From: Malacoraja senta
Lineage: Eukaryota
Direction of reading: 5' to 3'
Length of the DNA stretch: 64,000 bases
NCBI GenBank assembly: GCA_038087875.1
Contig: JAXLNO010000351.1
Location: 62,001 to 126,000, forward strand
The position numbers and the translations under genes were made by a program. The notes under the pieces are model-generated. The model was not told the DNA's origin, did not search any database, and saw only the letters and a program-made list of their open reading frames with translations. Positions 58,701-64,000 of the stretch are shown here, one piece after another (the first letter of the stretch is position 1; each line of letters starts with the position of its first letter).

Positions 58701-60010
58701 GGTGAGTGGGGGTGGGGGGTGAGTGGGGGTGGGGGGTGAGTGGGGGTGGGGGTGGGGGGTGAGTGGGGGTGGGGGGTGAGTGGGGGTGGGGGTGGTGGGG
58801 GTGGGGGTGAGTGGGGGTGGGGGGAGTGGGGGTGGGGGTGGGGGGTGAGTGGGGGTGGGGGTGAGTGGGGGTGGGGGGTGAGTGGGGGGCGGGGGGTGAG
58901 TGGGGGTGGGGGTGAGTGGGGGTGGGGGGTGAGTGGGGGTGGGGGGTGAGTGGGGGTGGGGGTGAGTGGGGGTGGGGGGTGAGTGGGGGTGGGGGTGGGG
59001 GGTGAGTGGGGGTGGGGGGTGAGTGGGGGTGGGGGGTGAGTGGGGGCGGGGGTGAGTGGGGGTGGGGGTGGGGGGTGAGTGGGGGTGGGGGGTGGGGGGT
59101 GAGTGGGGGTGGGGGGTGAGTGGGGTGGGGGGTGAGTGGGGTGGGGGGTGAGTGGGGGTGGGGGGTGAGTGGGGGGGGGTGAGTGGGGGTGGGGGGTGAG
59201 GGTGGGGGTGGGGGGTGAGGTGGGGGGGGTGAGTGGGGGTGTGACGGTGAGTGGGGGTGGGGGGTGAGTGGGGGTGGGGGTGGGGGGGTGAGTGGGGGTG
59301 GGGGTGGGGGGTGAGTGGGGGTGTGACGGTGAGTGGGGGTGGGGGGTGAGTGGGGGTGGGGGTGGGGGGTGAGTGGGGGTGTGACGGTGAGTGGGGGTGG
59401 GGGGTGAGTGGGGGGTGGGGGGTGGGGGGGTGAGTGGGGGTGTGACGGTGAGTGGGGGTGGGGGGGGGTGAGTGGGGGTGGGGGGTGGGGGGTGAGTGGG
59501 GGTGTGACGGTGAGTGGGGGTGGGGGGTGAGTGGGGGTGGGGGGTGGGGGGTGAGTGGGGGTGTGACGGTGAGTGGGGTGGGGGGTGAGTGGGGGTGTGA
59601 CGGTGAGTGGGGGTGGGGGGTGAGTGGGGGTGGGGTGGGGGTGAGTGGGTGTTACTGTAGTGGGGGTGGGGGTGAGTGGGGGGCGGGGGTGAGGGGTGAG
59701 TGGGGGTGGGGGGTGAGTGGGGGTGGGGGTGGGGGGTGAGTGGGGGTGGGGGGTGAGTGGGGGTGGAGGATGAGTGGGGGTGGGGGTGGGGGTGAGTGGG
59801 GGTGGGGGTGAGGGGTGAGTGGGGGTGGGGGGTGAGTGGGGGTGGGGGTGAGTGGGGGTGAGGGGTGAGTGGGGGTGGGGGTGAGTGGGGGTGGGGGTGA
59901 GTGGGGGTGGGGGTGTGACGGTGAGTGGGGGTGGGGGTGTGACGGTGAGTGGGGGTGGGGGTGAGTGGGGGTGGGGGTGAGTGGGGGTGGGGGTGTGACG
60001 GTGAGTGGGG
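49778..60010. repeat. ~10 kb G-rich array of GGGGGTGAGT / GGGGGY variants
   Basis: Extreme G skew; recurring gggggtgagtggggg. Confidence 0.98.
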
Positions 60011-60039
60011 AGGGGTTGAGGGGAACGACCCCCCCACAT

Positions 60040-60405
60040 TACACCTCATCCACCCCGGCGGCCGCTGCCACCATCAGCCTCCTGTCCACGAGCGGCTTCA
60101 ACATCCCCGACACTGATTCCGCTCCGCGCGCCAACCCCAGTCCAATCCCCACTGGGAGCCGGCTCTGATTGGTTCTATTTGACGAGATGCGACGCGGCAA
60201 CAGCCGCTGATTGGCTCCCACCCTGAAATGGGGACGAATTAAGGTTCTCATTGGTTGCCGGGTAAGCGAGCGCGGGCCCGTGGTCTGGTCCTCCGGGCCG
60301 GTCCTCCAGGCGGTTGGAGCCGGGCGGGCGCGGGTTTGGCAGTTGGTGACGTAAAGCTTTGGTGACGTGAAGATGAAGATGAACCGGCGCCGACATCCGG
60401 GCCCT
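60040..60405. promoter_or_regulatory. CpG-island promoter with three CCAAT boxes; possible minus-strand exon 1
   Basis: ATTGG at 60168, 60210 and 60250; TGACGT x2 (~60347, 60363); dense CpG; minus-strand GAG|GTGTAA at 60044. Confidence 0.6.
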
Positions 60406-60649
60406 GGAGAGAGAAAGATGGAGACAGAGAGAGAGAGGGAGGGAGAGAGAGAGAGAGGGACACAGAGAGAGAGAGAGGGACACAGAGAGAGAGGAAGAGA
60501 GAGAGACATATAAACTGACAGAGAGAGACAGAGAGTCTGAGATTGAGATGGAGAGACAGACAGACAGTCAGTGACAGAGAGTGACACAGACAGCGTGAGA
60601 GAGAGAGAGAGAGAGAGATACAGAGAGAAACAGTGAGAAAGAGGGAGAA

Positions 60650-60696
<47 letters not shown>

Positions 60697-60825
60697 GAGA
60701 GTGAGAGACAGAGAGAGATAGACGAAGAGAGAGCGAGAGAAATACAGAGAGAAAGATAGTGAGAGAAACAGAGTGAGAAACACAGAGAGAGAGACAGAGA
60801 GAGAGTGAGAGAGAGAGAGTGAGAC
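60406..60825. repeat. (GA)n-rich microsatellite
   Basis: Direct inspection. Confidence 0.95.
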
Positions 60826-60832
60826 CAAGGCT

Positions 60833-63490
60833 GACCAAGGCTGGGAGCTGAACATCCAGGGTTATTCAATATTAAGGAGGGATAGACAGACAGGAAAAGG
60901 ATGTTGGGTAGCGTTGCTGGTTAGAGAGGAGATTAATGCAATAGAAAGGAAGGACATTAGCTTGGAGGATGTGGAATCGATATGGGTAGAGCTGCGAAAC
61001 ACTAAGGGGCAGAAAACGCTAGTGGGAGTTGTGTACAGGCCACCTAACAGTAGTAGTGGAGTTGGGGATGGCATCAAACAGGAAATTAGAAATGCGTGCA
61101 ACAAAGGTAAAACAGTTATAATGGGTGACCTCAATCTACATATAGATTGGGTGAATCAAATTGGCAGGGGTGCTGAGGAAGAGGATTTCTTGGAATGTAT
61201 GTCTTGTTGTGCGTGGCCCCTTGGCAAGAGTGACCATAATATGGTTGAGTTCTTCATTAGGATGGAGAATGACATTGTTAATTCAGAAACAAGGGTTCTG
61301 AACTTAAAGAAAGGTAACTTTGAGGGTATGAGACGTGAATTGGCCAAGATAGACTGGCAATTCATTCTTAAAGGGCTGACGGTGGATATGCAATGGAAGG
61401 CATTTAAAGACCGCATGGATGAACTACAACAATTGTTCATCCCAGTTTGGCAAAAGAATAAATCAGGGAAGGTCATGCATCCATGGATAACAAGGGAAAT
61501 CAGGGATAGTATCAAAACAAAAGATGAAGCATACTGGGAGAAATTCAGTCCAGCAGAGGAGGACAAAGGGCTTAATTAGGAAAGGGAAAATAGATTATGA
61601 AAGAAAACTGGCAGGGAACATAAAAACTGACTGCAAAAGCTTTTATAGATATGTGAAGAGAAAAAGATGAGTTAAAACAAATGTAGGTCCCTTGCAGTCA
61701 GAAACAGGTGAATTGATCATGGGGAACAAGGACATGGCAGACTACTTTGAATTGAATAACTACTTTGGTTCTGTCTTCGCAAAGGAAGACATAAATAATT
61801 TGCCGGAAATAGCAGGGGACCGGGGGGTCAAATGAGATAGAGGAACTGAGTGAAATCCAGGTTAGTCGGGAAATGGTGTTAGGTAAATTGAATGGATTAA
61901 AGGCCGATAAATCCCCAGAGCCAGATAGGCTGCATCCCAGAGTGCTTAAGGAAGTAGCCCCAGAAATAATGAATGCATTAGTGATAATTTGTCAAAAGTC
62001 TTTAGATTCTGGAGTAGTTCCTGAGGATTGGAGGGTAGCTAATGTAACCCCACTTTTTAAAAAGGGAGGGAGAGAGAAAATGGGGAATTACAGACCAGTT
62101 AGTCCAACATCGGTAGTGGGGAAACTGCTAGAGTCAGTTATTAAAGATGGGATAGCAGCACATTTGGAAAGTGGTGAAATCATTGGACAAAGTCAGCATG
62201 GATTTATGAATGGTAAATCATGTCTGACGAATCTTATAGAATTTTTCGAGGATGTAACTACTAGTGGATAATGGAGAACCAGTGGATGTGTTATATCTGG
62301 ACTTTCAGAAGGCTTTCGACAAGGTCCCACATAAGAGATTAATATACAAACTTAAAGCACACGGTATTGGGGGTTCAGTATTGATGTGGATAGAGAACTG
62401 GCTGGCAAACAGGAAGCAAAGAGTAGGAGTAAACGGGCCCTTTTCACAATGGCAGGCAGTGACTAGTGGGGTACCGCAAGGCTCAGTGCTGGGACCCCAG
62501 CTATTTACAATTTATATTAATGAACTGGATGAGGGAATTGAAGGCAACATCTCCAAGTTTGCGGATGACACTAAGCTGGGGGGCAGTGTTAGCTGTGAGG
62601 AGGATGCTAGGAGACTGCAAGGTGACTTGGATAGGCTGGGTGAGTGGGCAAATGTTTGGCAGATGCAGTATAATGTGGATAAATGTGAGGTTATCCACTT
62701 TGGTGGCAAAAACAGGAAAGCAGACTATTATCTAAATGGTGGCCGATTAGGAAAAGGGGAGATGCAGCGAGACCTGGGTGTCATGGTACATCAGTCATTG
62801 AAAGTAGGCATGCAGGTGCAGCAGGCAGTGAAGAAAGCGAATGGTATGTTAGCTTTCATAGCAAAAGGATTTGAGTATAGGAGCAGGGAGGTTCTACTGC
62901 AGTGGTACAGGGTCTTGGTGAGACCACACCTGGAGTATTGCGTACAGTTTTGGTCTCCAAATCTGAGGAAGGACATTATAGCCATAGAGGGTGTGCAGAG
63001 AAGGTTCACCAGACTGATTCCTGGGATGTCAGGACTTTCATATGAAGAAAGACTGGATAGACCCGGCTTATACTTGCGAGAATTTAGGAGATTGAGAGGG
63101 GATCTTATAGAAACTTACAAAATTCTTATGGGGTTGGACAGGCTAGATTCAGGAAGATTGTTCCCGATGTTGGGGAAGTCCAGGACAAGGGTTCACAGCT
63201 TAAGGATAAGGGGGAAATCCTTTAAGACCGAGATGAGAAAAAACGTTTTCACACTGAGAGTGGTGAATCTCTGGAACTCTCTGCCACAGAGGGTAGTTGA
63301 GGCCAGTTCATTGGCTATATTTAAGAGGGAGTTTGATGTGGGCCTTGTGGCTAAAGGGATCAGGGGTTATGGAGAGAAGGCAGGTACGGGATACTGAGTT
63401 GGATGATCAGCCATGATCATATTGAATGGCGGTGCAGGCTCGAAGGGCCGAATGGCCTACTCCTGCACCTATTTTCTATGTATCTATGTA
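60833..63490 (+). mobile_element. CR1 LINE ORF2 (APE + RT), 5'-truncated and frameshifted, with 3' UTR
   Basis: GVVYRPP..MGDLN..SDHN; NYRPVS..QHGF; YLDFQKAFDKVPH..GVPQGSVLGP..FADD; 3' hairpin gaagggccgaatggcctactcc and a (TCTATGTA)-like tail. Confidence 0.95.
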
Positions 63491-64000
63491 TCGATGTATT
63501 CTGTACATTCCTCTTGGTCTATCTGATGTATCTGAGTTTGAACTGTTTGTACCTATGCACGATCTATTCGTGGACCGGAAGCAAAACAAAGCTTTTCACT
63601 ATTCCTCGGTACATATCACACTAGCAAACCTTTGCCTAACCTTACCAATCCTAATCATCTAAGAAAAGTGATATTTATGATCAGAGCGGGAATGTTCGTA
63701 GTATGATGGCGACTAAGATTGCCCATGTGAAATAGACGATATCGATATCTTTTTCTTTTTTTTTTTAATTTTTATTTATTAGAAGTACATTACATCACAG
63801 CCACATATCTAAGATGGTTTTTGATTCCTCGACCCGGATAAAAGTGCATTTACCTGATCTATTTTCCTCGTGACTTTATACATAATCATAAGATCATCCC
63901 TCATCCTCCGGCACTCGAAGGAATAATGTCCGCACCTCTCATTATAACTCGACCCATTCAAGGGAAAAATAACGGACCCCTGCCATAACTAGTGACGGTG

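Noticed and set aside
49778..60010. Immunoglobulin switch region or telomeric repeat
   Set aside because: It lacks AGCT hot-spot density and TTAGGG arrays, and there are no Ig exons nearby.
53408..60049. 2213-aa and 1789-aa Pro/His/Thr-rich ORFs (extensin/mucin-like)
   Set aside because: They are translations of the C-rich strand of a simple repeat, open in several frames at once.

Overview
This is eukaryotic, repeat-saturated vertebrate DNA. The SINE, CR1 and Penelope-like sequences suggest a cartilaginous fish (skate/ray); that is an inference, not tested. No intact multi-exon host gene is visible. 1-24.3 kb is a stack of nested, decayed transposons: Penelope-like ends, Rex1/Babar, CR1, L2/Crack-like and RTE-X-like LINEs, a tRNA-derived SINE, an AT-flanked DNA element with a THAP exon in each inverted arm, and a chimeric class-I ERV inserted into a Ty3/Gypsy element that has a self-priming signature. 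24.3-48.7 kb is a ~21 kb array of a palindromic 25-bp satellite, punctuated by four copies of a ~0.8 kb TATA/ETS/YY1/splice-donor cassette and followed by minisatellites and a Helitron-type 3' end (hairpin + CTAG|T). To the right lie a candidate minus-strand first coding exon (24 aa, PIP-box-like), a 200-N assembly gap, a 10 kb G-rich array, a CpG island with three evenly spaced CCAAT boxes, and a CR1 ORF2. Nearly all long ORFs in the track are repeat artefacts. All family assignments come from motif recognition only; no database search was run.
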